Part shown: positions 1 through 8,157 of the stretch, in pieces | Position numbering within the stretch: the first letter of the stretch is position 1 | Layout: the number at the start of each line of letters is the position of its first letter | Origin: Thermoplasmata archaeon | GTDB lineage: Archaea > Thermoplasmatota > Thermoplasmata > Lutacidiplasmatales > UBA184 | NCBI GenBank assembly: GCA_030039865.1 | Contig: JASHUS010000131.1 | Span: 1-33,616, forward strand | DNA length: 33,616 nucleotides | Direction of reading: 5' to 3' | Notes under the pieces: generated by a model | What the model saw: only the letters and a program-made list of their open reading frames with translations | The model's database searches: none | What the model was told of the DNA's origin: nothing | Program-made: the position numbers and the translations under genes

Positions 1-876
1 CGGCGGGAGCGCGGGGGAGATCACGCCGAGGAGACCCGGTCCCCAGACGTTCATGAAGGTCAGGAGAGCGAGGTAGGCGACGATCGAGACGCCCATCAGC
101 GCGAGCGCGTACCGGACATCCCGTCGGAGGAGCCCCTCGCGTAACGCCGTCCACCAACCGGCGAAGGCGCCGCGGGGGCCGGGGGAAGCGGGGGTCGCGG
201 GATCCGTACGTCGCCAGGGCCGGCGGAGCCCCAGCCCAACGAGGGGCAAGAGGAAGAAGGCTCCGATCAGGAAGGTGAAGATCGGCGCGACCTCGATCGT
301 GAGGAACGAAAGGAGCGCGACGAAGAGGCCCAGCCGGTACCGACCCGCGACCCAGAGCGCCGCGAGCGTGAACATCTCGAGCGGGAGGAGCGTCTCGAGA
401 TGGAGCGAGAATGCGTCCCCGAGGTAGCTGGGGGCCCAGACGAGGAAGATCCCCGCCGCGAGGAGGGCCTTCCAGCCCGAACCGGTGACCTGCCGGGTGA
501 GCCAGTAGAGCGGGACCGCCGAGACCGCGACGAGGGCGGATCGCAGCACGAACAAGGTGATCGTCGAGGGGGCGAGCGCGTAGAACGGAGTCGCGGCATA
601 GAGGACGACCCCCGGGTGCACGAGCAGGAACGAGCAGCGCGTCTTCACCATGCAGTCGTACGACTCGAAGAACGGAGCGTAGCGGTGGTACGTCGTCGAC
701 GAGACGGCCTGTGTGATGATGCCCGCGTCCGTGTTGTTGGCGAACTGGAAGTTCGAGTAGCAGGCGATGCCGGCCCAGGTCGAGACCGCAAAGAACGCGA
801 CCACGAAGACGAGGAGCCAGAACCGCGGCGTGCGCCACCGGGGCGGGCGCGGCGTCTCGCTCGATGGCGCGCTCAC
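1..876 (-). CDS. DUF2079-like polytopic membrane protein (possible GT-C-type glycosyltransferase). The C-terminal part runs off the window.
   Basis: The minus-strand frame is open from 897 down to 1 (I checked every triplet for tta/cta/tca). The first start is GTG at 876. The translation VSAPSSETPRPPRWRTPRFWLLVFVVAFFAVSTWAGIACYSNFQFANNTDAGIITQAV...VHPGVVLYAATPFYALAPS...FSLHLETLLPLEMF... is multi-TM and resembles the DUF2079 family from memory. It is absent from the ORF track because it is edge-truncated. Confidence 0.55.
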   Translation of the reverse strand, partial: MSAPSSETPRPPRWRTPRFWLLVFVVAFFAVSTWAGIACYSNFQFANNTDAGIITQAVSSTTYHRYAPFFESYDCMVKTRCSFLLVHPGVVLYAATPFYALAPSTITLFVLRSALVAVSAVPLYWLTRQVTGSGWKALLAAGIFLVWAPSYLGDAFSLHLETLLPLEMFTLAALWVAGRYRLGLFVALLSFLTIEVAPIFTFLIGAFFLLPLVGLGLRRPWRRTDPATPASPGPRGAFAGWWTALREGLLRRDVRYALALMGVSIVAYLALLTFMNVWGPGLLGVISPALPP

Positions 877-899
877 GGGCCGGCGTGGCGAGCGCTCCT

Positions 900-909
900 A
901 GATTAAGGC
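900..909 (-). promoter_or_regulatory. TATA-like box (minus strand CCTTAATC) about 28 nt upstream of the GTG at 876
   Basis: An AT-rich hexamer in otherwise GC-rich DNA. Its spacing to the start codon matches other genes in this window (leaderless pattern). Confidence 0.4.
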
Positions 910-950
910 TGGCGTCGGGCCGGCACCGATCGGAGCGCGCGACGGGGCGG

Positions 951-1955
951 TCAGTGCGCCGGCAGCGCTCCGGTCGTCCCGCCCTCGATCCGCTGGCCCT
1001 TCGCGTCGAACCGCAGCGATTGGCGCAGTCCGAAGTGGATCGTCTCGCCGATCGTCGGCATCTGGAGGGTCGTGAGGAAGACCCGCTGGCCGCCGGGCGC
1101 CCGGCACAGGAGCGAGACGAGATCGCCCTGGCGCTCGGCGACCTCGACGACCGCGGAGTACGGGCCCGAACCGATATCGATCCACTCCGTCCGAAACCCG
1201 ATTTCGTTGGGTCCGCTTGGCTCCGGGAGGAAGTTCATCGGGAAGTCGCCGACGAAGTCGCCGACCCAGTGGGACGTGGGGGTCTCGTAGATGTCGTGGA
1301 ACGGGCCGATCTGCTCGAAGCGGCCGAGGTGGAGGACCCCCGTCCGGTCGGAGAGGCTCTCGGCCTCCTTCTGGTCGTGCGTGACGTAGATGAACGTCTG
1401 CCCGAGGTCGCGCTGGATCTTCTTCAGCTCCGCGCGGGCGCTGAACCGGACGCGGGCGTCGAGATTGGAGAGCGGCTCGTCGAGCAGGAAGAGCGACGGC
1501 GAGCGGACGATCGCGCGGGCGAGCGCGACCCGCTGCTGCTGGCCCCCGCTGATCTGGTTGGGGCGCCGATCCAGGATCTCGGTGATCCCGAGCGTGCGCG
1601 CGGCGTCGCGCACCTTCGGCTCGATCTCGTCCCGGCTGAAGAACTGCATCTTCAGCGGGAACGCGATGTTCTTGTACACACTCATGTTCGGATAGAGCGC
1701 GTAGTTCTGGAACACCATCGCGATCCGTCGCTTGTTGGGCGGCAGCTCGGTCACGTCCGTCCCCGCGATGCGGATCTCGCCGGAGTCGACCGTCTCGATG
1801 CCCGCGATCATCCGCAGGAAGGTCGACTTGCCCTCGCCGGACGGACCGAGGATCACGAAGAACTCGCCCGGATCGACCGCGAGCGAGACGTCCTCCGCGA
1901 TGACCCGGTCGCCGAAGTGCTTCGATACGTGATCCAGTTCCAACTGTGCCGTCAT
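951..1955 (-). CDS. Sugar ABC transporter ATP-binding protein (MalK/UgpC family)
   Basis: Walker A GPSGEGKST, signature ISGGQQQRVALARA, Walker B LFLLDEPLSNLD and a C-terminal MalK-type regulatory/TOBE-like domain. The start overlaps the stop of the upstream permease by 4 nt. Confidence 0.92.
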   Translation of the reverse strand: MTAQLELDHVSKHFGDRVIAEDVSLAVDPGEFFVILGPSGEGKSTFLRMIAGIETVDSGEIRIAGTDVTELPPNKRRIAMVFQNYALYPNMSVYKNIAFPLKMQFFSRDEIEPKVRDAARTLGITEILDRRPNQISGGQQQRVALARAIVRSPSLFLLDEPLSNLDARVRFSARAELKKIQRDLGQTFIYVTHDQKEAESLSDRTGVLHLGRFEQIGPFHDIYETPTSHWVGDFVGDFPMNFLPEPSGPNEIGFRTEWIDIGSGPYSAVVEVAERQGDLVSLLCRAPGGQRVFLTTLQMPTIGETIHFGLRQSLRFDAKGQRIEGGTTGALPAH

Positions 1956-2788
1956 CCTCGAATCCCCGACGCGAGGTCTTCCCCGCGCAGATACTTCTGC
2001 AGAAGGACCGTGAGGATCACGACGGGGATCGTCGCGATCAGCGAGAAGGCGACCGCCAGGGTCGGGTTGCCCCGGCCCGTGACGGAGAGGAAGATCAGGA
2101 CGGGGAGCGTCGGCGGATTGAGGTTCCCGAGGATGAGCGCGAAGGTCGATTCGTCCCAGCTGAGCATCCAGGCGAGCAGGAAGCTCGCGACGATCGCGGG
2201 CGCGATGAGCGGCACGAGGATGCGGTAGATCGCGGTCGCCCGGTTGGCCCCGTCGACGCGTGCCTGCTGCTCGATCTCCCGGGGCAACGATTGGAAGGCG
2301 CCCACGAGCAGGAACGTCGTGATCGGCAGGGCGAGGAGCTCCTGCGCGAGCGCGATCGAGATCGGCGAGCCGTAGAGGCCGTACTTGATGAACGGCACCG
2401 TGAGCGGGATCGCGATCGTGATCGACGGCATCATGTTCACGACGAACAGCACGGTCGTGAGTCCGTAGGCGAGGCGCGACCCGAGCCGGCTGAGCCCGTA
2501 CGCGGTCGGGATGCCGATCGCGAGGGCGAGCCCGCCGACCATGAAGGCGACCTCGAGCGAGAGGCTGACCGCGCCGGCAAATCCCGGCGAGCTGATCGCC
2601 GCCTGGAGCTCCACGAACGAGATCGTCGGCGGGATCAGGGGCGGCCGGGCGGAGTAGATCGTGTACTTCGTCGGGACGAGCGCGAGCAGGAAGATGATGT
2701 AGATCGGGAACGCGACGAAGACCGACGTGACGATCACGGCGAGGTAGAGGCCGACGCGCGACGCGGTGATCTTGCGCCGTTTGGTCAT
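1952..2788 (-). CDS. Sugar ABC transporter permease (MalG-like)
   Basis: 278 aa and six hydrophobic segments. It carries an EAA-type loop (REIEQQARVDGANRATAIYRILVPL). It is coupled by ATGA overlaps to both neighbours. Confidence 0.9.
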   Translation of the reverse strand: MTKRRKITASRVGLYLAVIVTSVFVAFPIYIIFLLALVPTKYTIYSARPPLIPPTISFVELQAAISSPGFAGAVSLSLEVAFMVGGLALAIGIPTAYGLSRLGSRLAYGLTTVLFVVNMMPSITIAIPLTVPFIKYGLYGSPISIALAQELLALPITTFLLVGAFQSLPREIEQQARVDGANRATAIYRILVPLIAPAIVASFLLAWMLSWDESTFALILGNLNPPTLPVLIFLSVTGRGNPTLAVAFSLIATIPVVILTVLLQKYLRGEDLASGIRG

Positions 2789-3672
2789 CGACGTCGCCCT
2801 CCGATCAGGATCACCGCGACGATGAAGATCGAAATGATGCCGAGGAGGATCGCGGCCGCGGCGGTCGCCTGGTAGAACGTGCTGACGTCCTCCCAGTTCG
2901 AGTAGACCGCGACGGTGAGGAGCGTCGGCCCGCCGGGGATCATCACGTAGGCGACCTGGAAGATGTTGAACTCCTGGGCGCCGCGGATGAGCAGCGCGAT
3001 GACGATGTAGCCACGCAGGTTCGGCAGCGTGACGTAGAGGAACCGTCGGATCGGGCCGGCGCCGTCGATCGCCGCCGCGAGATAGAGCGTCCGTGGAATG
3101 GAGGCGTACCCGGCGACGAGGATGATGACGACGAGCGCGAAGTTCTTCCAGCTATCCGCGAGGATGACGGAGAGGATCGCCATCGAGTTCGGCGACGTCC
3201 AGTCGACGGGCGCGGCGCCGAAGAGCGCGAGGATCGAGTTCGCGTACCCGCCCTGCGGGGGGAGGATCTGCGAGAACGTGTACGCGCCGACGACGGTCGC
3301 GATGCCGATCGGCAGGATCATCAGGGCCCCGTAGACGGCCTTCCCCCGGAACGTCTGCGTCAGGAGGGTCGCGATCCCGAGGCCGAGGCCGAACTGCAGC
3401 GCGAGCGCGCCAGCCGTGACGATGAGCGTCGCCTCGACCCACGAGTAGAGGCCTTCGCCGACGAGCGACTGATAGTTGTACGTCGTGAACGAGAGGATCG
3501 GCGTCCGGAAGCTGAGCGCGATCGCGTCGTACGCCGGGTAGAAGGCGAAGGCGCCGACGTAGATGAGCGCCGGGACCACGAAGAGGAACGGGACGATCGT
3601 CTCCCGGTGACGCGACCAAAAGCTCCGCGGGGCCCCGGCGCGCGCGGCGAGCGTGCCCGGAGGCCCCGTCAT
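2785..3672 (-). CDS. Sugar ABC transporter permease (MalF-like)
   Basis: 295 aa and polytopic, with an EAA-like loop (RTLYLAAAIDGAGPIRRFLYVTLP). There is a 4-nt overlap with the downstream permease. Confidence 0.9.
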   Translation of the reverse strand: MTGPPGTLAARAGAPRSFWSRHRETIVPFLFVVPALIYVGAFAFYPAYDAIALSFRTPILSFTTYNYQSLVGEGLYSWVEATLIVTAGALALQFGLGLGIATLLTQTFRGKAVYGALMILPIGIATVVGAYTFSQILPPQGGYANSILALFGAAPVDWTSPNSMAILSVILADSWKNFALVVIILVAGYASIPRTLYLAAAIDGAGPIRRFLYVTLPNLRGYIVIALLIRGAQEFNIFQVAYVMIPGGPTLLTVAVYSNWEDVSTFYQATAAAAILLGIISIFIVAVILIGGRRR

Positions 3673-3755
3673 GAAGGAAGGGGTTCCTCGGAGATCTGCG
3701 AGCGGCGTCCCTCGCCGTGTCCTTCGATCTCTTCGCTCCTCGCTCGGCCCACCGC

Positions 3756-5231
3756 TCAGGCGTAGAGGGGTCCGAAGTCACCCGCGGTGTACTGTCCCGC
3801 GACTCCCGAACCGTAGTTCGCCGTGAGGTAAGCGACCATCGCCGAGTTGGCCGTGTTCGCCGACGACTGGACCGAGCCGAGTCCGCCGCCGTTGAGGAAG
3901 ACCGGGGTCCAGATGTCGTTGTAGAACAGGTCGTTCCACTCCCCGATCCAGGGCACGGGCGGCCGGAAGACGGGGTGGTCGAGGGCCGCCAGGATCGCGG
4001 TGTCGATGGTCGACAGGTTCGACGGGAGCCCGACGTAGGCCTGCGCGTTAACGGCCGGGTTGCTCGTGTCGATCATCATCAGCTGCTGCGCCTTCGTGGA
4101 GAGCAGGAACTGCGCGAACAGCTGGATCGCCCACATGTTCGTCGCGCCCTTCGGGATGGCGAGCACATCACCGCCGATCACGTGGTCCGCACCGTACTGC
4201 GCGCTGGTACCGTTCGGGCCCGGGTAGACGCCGAGCTCCGACGGCGACATCGCGCGGAGGGTGGCGTTGCCCGCGGTCAGGAGCGGGTAGATGTACGGCC
4301 ACTGGTAGTCGAGGATCGAGTACTCCCCGTTGGCGAGCCCTGCGTACGTCGCCCAGTACGCCGAGGTGTAACTCGGGTTCATGTATTTGCTCAGGTTGTA
4401 CAGGTACGATAGCGCCGCCACGTCCCCGGCGTCGTTGAAGACCATCGGGTTGCCGCCGAACTGCACCTGCCACTGGAACGTCTCGGTCGAGGTGCTCGCG
4501 CTCGCCGGCTCGCCGCCCTGGAACATCACCTGGCCACTGCCCGTGGTGTGGTAGAGGGCCGCGGCATCCGCGAGCAGCTGTCCGGTCGTGGACGGCAGGC
4601 TCGTGATCCCGGCCGAGTTCAGCGTCGTCCAGTTGACGAAGGTGAGCGGGGTGTTCGCGCGGAACGGAATGAAGTACGTCGCGCCGCCGTAAGAGGTCGG
4701 CTCGTAGTTCGTGAGCGCGGTCATGCTCGGGATCATCGACGGCGGCTCGATGTATGGCGCGATCGCCGAGATGTTCTGGAGGTAGGTCATGTTGCCCGTA
4801 CCGCCGGCGGTCGGCGGACCGTAGATGAGCTCTCCGATGTCGAGATTATCTTCCGCGATCAGGGTCGTGCCGACACTGCCCGCCTGCACGAGCGCGGTGA
4901 TCTTCGTCACCATGTCGGAGGCGTCGATGTTGACGTAGTTGATGTGGATGTTCGGATACTGCGCCTCGAACATCGGGATCAATGTACCGGTCATGAACGA
5001 CGCTTCCGAACTCGCGAGGTCGTCGTAGTACGTCACGGTCACGTTCGTCGATCCGGTCGCCTGACCCTTTCCGTAGTAGAATCCGCCCAGGCCAGCCGCG
5101 ACCGCCACAATGACGACGATGATGGCCCATACAGCCGACATGCGCCGCATCCGGCGGGTGTACTCCTGACCCGCCGTTGGAGGCGGCGGGGCCGGAGGGG
5201 AAGTGGTTGCTTCCGTGGGCTGTGCTACCAT
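3756..5231 (-). CDS. Extracellular sugar-binding protein of the ABC system, N-terminally membrane-anchored
   Basis: 491 aa. An N-terminal basic stretch plus TM helix (MSAVWAIIVVIVAVAAGLGGFYY) is followed by a family-1 SBP-like body. Its position at the head of the permease/ATPase genes fits this role. Confidence 0.8.
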   Translation of the reverse strand: MVAQPTEATTSPPAPPPPTAGQEYTRRMRRMSAVWAIIVVIVAVAAGLGGFYYGKGQATGSTNVTVTYYDDLASSEASFMTGTLIPMFEAQYPNIHINYVNIDASDMVTKITALVQAGSVGTTLIAEDNLDIGELIYGPPTAGGTGNMTYLQNISAIAPYIEPPSMIPSMTALTNYEPTSYGGATYFIPFRANTPLTFVNWTTLNSAGITSLPSTTGQLLADAAALYHTTGSGQVMFQGGEPASASTSTETFQWQVQFGGNPMVFNDAGDVAALSYLYNLSKYMNPSYTSAYWATYAGLANGEYSILDYQWPYIYPLLTAGNATLRAMSPSELGVYPGPNGTSAQYGADHVIGGDVLAIPKGATNMWAIQLFAQFLLSTKAQQLMMIDTSNPAVNAQAYVGLPSNLSTIDTAILAALDHPVFRPPVPWIGEWNDLFYNDIWTPVFLNGGGLGSVQSSANTANSAMVAYLTANYGSGVAGQYTAGDFGPLYA

Positions 5232-5254
5232 GCGACGCGCGAGGTCGCGATGCC

Positions 5255-5261
5255 GTATAAG
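5255..5261 (-). promoter_or_regulatory. TATA box (minus strand CTTATAC) centred about 27 nt upstream of the SBP ATG at 5231
   Basis: An AT-rich element at the spacing expected for a leaderless or near-leaderless archaeal transcript. Confidence 0.5.
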
Positions 5262-5265
5262 TTGT

Positions 5266-5281
5266 ACGAAATGACGAAATA
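5266..5281. promoter_or_regulatory. Tandem direct 8-mer (ACGAAATG ACGAAATA) abutting the upstream side of the SBP TATA box. Candidate regulator binding site.
   Basis: Read directly: 5266-5273 acgaaatg and 5274-5281 acgaaata. This is the only AT-rich tandem repeat in this intergenic region. Confidence 0.35.
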
Positions 5282-5344
5282 CTCAGCGTGCCGGCGCGGG
5301 TCACTTTGCGTTAGGTGGAGGACGCCTAGCCCACGGCGGATTGT

Positions 5345-7210
5345 TCACTCGTCCTCGATCGCGCCCTCGACTTCGGACTCGGCATACTTGTGGACGACGT
5401 CGACGAACGTCGAGTGGGACCACGTCAGCGGCGTCGCGCTCTTGGGCTCTCCCGAGGCTCGGTCGATCTGCTCGGGGAGAAGTCGGGTCGGCGTCGCGTG
5501 CGCCGCCGACCACTCGATCAGTTCTCGACAGCGCTCCCGGTTCCCCAGCCGGAGCCGAGCCTCGGCCAGCCACAGGGTGCAGATGATCCATGGGTTCTCG
5601 CGCCCGTAGTACTGATCGCCCTCATACCGGCCGAGACCCCCCTGCTCCGCGCACCACAGCCGCCGCTCGATCCCGTCGACCGCCGTCCGCGCGCGTGGAT
5701 CGTCCCAAGGCAACAGCCCGAGCTTGAGCGCGAGCAGGACCGATGAGTCGAGGCGGTCATCGCGTGGAGCGAGGGATCGCACGAACCGGTCGTGCTCGCC
5801 GTCCCAGAACAGCTCGACCGCGCGCTGCGAGATCTCGCCGGCGGCGCGTCGCCAATGCGACGGCTCCTTGCCGATCTCCGCCGCAATGCGGGCGGCGCGC
5901 TCGAGCGCGTGCGCGACCGCGGCGGTCGAGTAGATGTGAATCCCCATCCGCTCCTCCCACAGATCGAAGCTCGGCGCGGGGAGGCCGGTCGCCGCGTCGC
6001 GGAATCGCGCCAGGAAGCTCGCGGCGGCCTTGACGACGGGCCAGAAGTCGAGCAGGATGTCGGGATCTCCGCCCCGTTTGAAGTGGTGCCAGATCGCCGC
6101 GATCACCGTCGCGGTCTGGTCGATCTGGAGGAACGGGGGCGGGTGCCACGTGCTGCCGATGGCCCCATCGGGGAAGTGACGATGGAAGTAGGATCCGTCC
6201 GCGCTCTGACACTGCCGAGCGAACTCGAGGAACCGACCCGCGTTCTCGTAGAGCCCGGCCTCGTCCATCGCCTTCGCGATGAACCCGCCGTCCCGCCACC
6301 AGCAGTAGTTGTACGTGTCCCCGGCCGCGACGAGCGAGCGGGTGTCCGGGGACGCAATGATCGCTCCGTTGGAGCCCGTGCAGTGTCGCAACTGGAGCAC
6401 GCTCGACCGGTACACCGCGCTGCCGAGCTCGCTCAGCCCGCGGGGAGGGTTCGGAAGCCGGCGCTGGACCCACGTCTCCCAGAACGCCTCGGACTCTCGG
6501 ATGAACCGCTCCGATCCGCCCCGCTGCACGTATTCCCGGATCTGGTGGACCCCGGGCAGGGTGCGCCCGGCGGCGAGGAACAGGCGGATCTCCACGTCCT
6601 GATCCGGGACGGCTTCGAGGTCCCACTCCATCACACTGTCGGCCGCGCCGTGGGCCACGGGACGGCCCTCGAGCCGTCCGTCCTCGGCGTCGACGTACGT
6701 CCCCCGCAAACCCTTCAGTGTGTGCTCGCCGCACACCGCCCGGGAGAACGGCGGGTCGGCGAAGAACTGGAAGAAGAACCCGCGCTTGTAGTGGACGAGC
6801 GAGGTCGATCTCGGGTCGACGTACGCGGTGTCCTGGTACATCGATTCCGCGATCTGGAACGCGTGGTAGGCGAACAGGCGCATCGTCCGGCCGGGATTCG
6901 CGCGCACCCGGTACACGCGGGCGATCAAGTCGTGGTTGGGGTGCACGTGATCGCGCACCGACATCTGCACTCCCGAGCTCGTCCAGACGGTCTCGGGGAG
7001 GTGACCGGGGCCGAAGGGCTCTTGCCGGGCGGTGTAGCCGTTGCCGCGCCGCAGCCACGCGAACTTCGAGCTCGAGACGTCGTAGAGTCCGACGCGCGCC
7101 TCCCGTAACTGCTGGAACTGCCCCGGGAAGGGGTAGAAGAGCTCGTTCCAGTCCCCGTTTTCGTTGACGGTGAGCAGGATACGGCCGTTGCCCGCGACCT
7201 CCGTGATCAT
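5345..7210 (-). CDS. Glycoside hydrolase family 15 (glucoamylase / glucodextranase / trehalase-type)
   Basis: 621 aa. An N-terminal beta-sandwich-like region is followed by an (alpha/alpha)6-type catalytic part with YNYCWWRDGGF, FDLWEER and TWSHS motifs typical of archaeal GH15 enzymes. Confidence 0.9.
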   Translation of the reverse strand: MITEVAGNGRILLTVNENGDWNELFYPFPGQFQQLREARVGLYDVSSSKFAWLRRGNGYTARQEPFGPGHLPETVWTSSGVQMSVRDHVHPNHDLIARVYRVRANPGRTMRLFAYHAFQIAESMYQDTAYVDPRSTSLVHYKRGFFFQFFADPPFSRAVCGEHTLKGLRGTYVDAEDGRLEGRPVAHGAADSVMEWDLEAVPDQDVEIRLFLAAGRTLPGVHQIREYVQRGGSERFIRESEAFWETWVQRRLPNPPRGLSELGSAVYRSSVLQLRHCTGSNGAIIASPDTRSLVAAGDTYNYCWWRDGGFIAKAMDEAGLYENAGRFLEFARQCQSADGSYFHRHFPDGAIGSTWHPPPFLQIDQTATVIAAIWHHFKRGGDPDILLDFWPVVKAAASFLARFRDAATGLPAPSFDLWEERMGIHIYSTAAVAHALERAARIAAEIGKEPSHWRRAAGEISQRAVELFWDGEHDRFVRSLAPRDDRLDSSVLLALKLGLLPWDDPRARTAVDGIERRLWCAEQGGLGRYEGDQYYGRENPWIICTLWLAEARLRLGNRERCRELIEWSAAHATPTRLLPEQIDRASGEPKSATPLTWSHSTFVDVVHKYAESEVEGAIEDE

Positions 7211-7260
7211 CGCGCCACCGTGACGGACGTCGGCGTAACGGACGCCGGGGACGACGTCAT
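7207..7260 (-). CDS. Candidate 17-codon leaderless upstream ORF (MTSSPASVTPTSVTVAR) whose TGA overlaps the GH15 ATG (ATGA)
   Basis: The ATG at 7260 lies 28 nt from the centre of the TATA-like GTTTAAC (7285-7291). Third positions are mostly G/C. The stop at 7209-7207 overlaps the GH15 start at 7210-7208. It could equally be just a 50-nt 5' UTR. Confidence 0.3.
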   Translation of the reverse strand: MTSSPASVTPTSVTVAR

Positions 7261-7284
7261 CGACGATTCACGAGGGAAGGGCTC

Positions 7285-7291
7285 GTTTAAC
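7285..7291 (-). promoter_or_regulatory. TATA-like box (GTTTAAC) upstream of the GH15 transcription unit
   Basis: An AT-rich heptamer centred 28 nt upstream of the ATG at 7260. Confidence 0.4.
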
Positions 7292-7414
7292 TGTTCGGTT
7301 CGTGGATATTCGGCGGGTCCGTGTCAGAGGATTGCTTTCGGCGAACCGGCATTGCGTCGCGAGCACGCCCCCTGGGCCCCGAAACCTTGACAAGCCGGGG
7401 CGATTCGACCCAAC

Positions 7415-8068
7415 ATGCCCAGCGTCCGGGATCTCGATCGCTTGGTCGACCGCCGTCACCTTCTGAAGCATCCGTTCTATACCGCGTGGTCGAACGGCAC
7501 CCTCCCGTTCGAGACCTTGCGCGACTATGCGGGTCAGTACTACCACTTCGAGGTCAACTTTCCGCGCTACGTCGCGGGGGCCTATGCTCGGATCGAGCGC
7601 CCGGACGATCGACGGGTGCTCCTCGAAAACCTCGTGGACGAGGAGGGTCGCCGACCGACGCATCCCGAGCTGTGGATGGACTTCGCCCGATCGATCGGCG
7701 CCTCGGTGTCGGCGCGCCGACCCCGGCCCGCGACGCGAGGTCTGCTCGACGTCTACGAGCGCCACGCGATCTCCGGTTCGGCGCCGTCGGCGCTGGGCGC
7801 GATCTACGCTTACGAATCCCAGTTTCCGAAGGTCGCGGCGGAGAAGTCCCGAGGGCTCCGGGCGAACTACGGGGTCACCTCGAAGGCCGCTCACGAGTTC
7901 TTCCGGGTCCACACGAGCGCGGATGTGGAACACTCGGCGGCGGAGCGCAAGCTCCTCGCCCACTACCTTCGGGCTGACCCGGCCGCCGCGGCGGCCGCCC
8001 TGCGCGGGTGCCGGGAGTCACTCGGGGCCTGGTGGTCGTTCCTCGATTCGTTCGGCGTTCAGGCCTGA
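7415..8068 (+). CDS. CADD / PqqC-like haem-oxygenase-fold di-iron oxidase (TenA_C-type)
   Basis: 217 aa with HPFYTAWSNGTLPFETLRDYAGQYYHFEVNFPRY, LVDEEG..THPELW, IYAYESQFPKVAAEKSRGL and HTSADVEHS. By my recall this is collinear with the Chlamydia CADD (CT610)-type family, including the putative metal-ligand Glu/His positions. Confidence 0.8.
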   Translation: MPSVRDLDRLVDRRHLLKHPFYTAWSNGTLPFETLRDYAGQYYHFEVNFPRYVAGAYARIERPDDRRVLLENLVDEEGRRPTHPELWMDFARSIGASVSARRPRPATRGLLDVYERHAISGSAPSALGAIYAYESQFPKVAAEKSRGLRANYGVTSKAAHEFFRVHTSADVEHSAAERKLLAHYLRADPAAAAAALRGCRESLGAWWSFLDSFGVQA

Positions 8069-8157
8069 ACGAACAGTTCATTCGGGCGCTCACACCGGCC
8101 GCGACGAGCCCGAACCGTTCGCCCCGGCGCTCGCGGCCGGCTGCCGGTGGGGATGGG

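Noticed and set aside
7387-7392. A bacterial-looking -35 hexamer TTGACA upstream of the CADD-like gene
   Set aside because: There is no matching -10 element, and all other evidence points to archaeal TATA/BRE promoters. At most it is a weak AT-containing element about 25 nt from the ATG at 7415.
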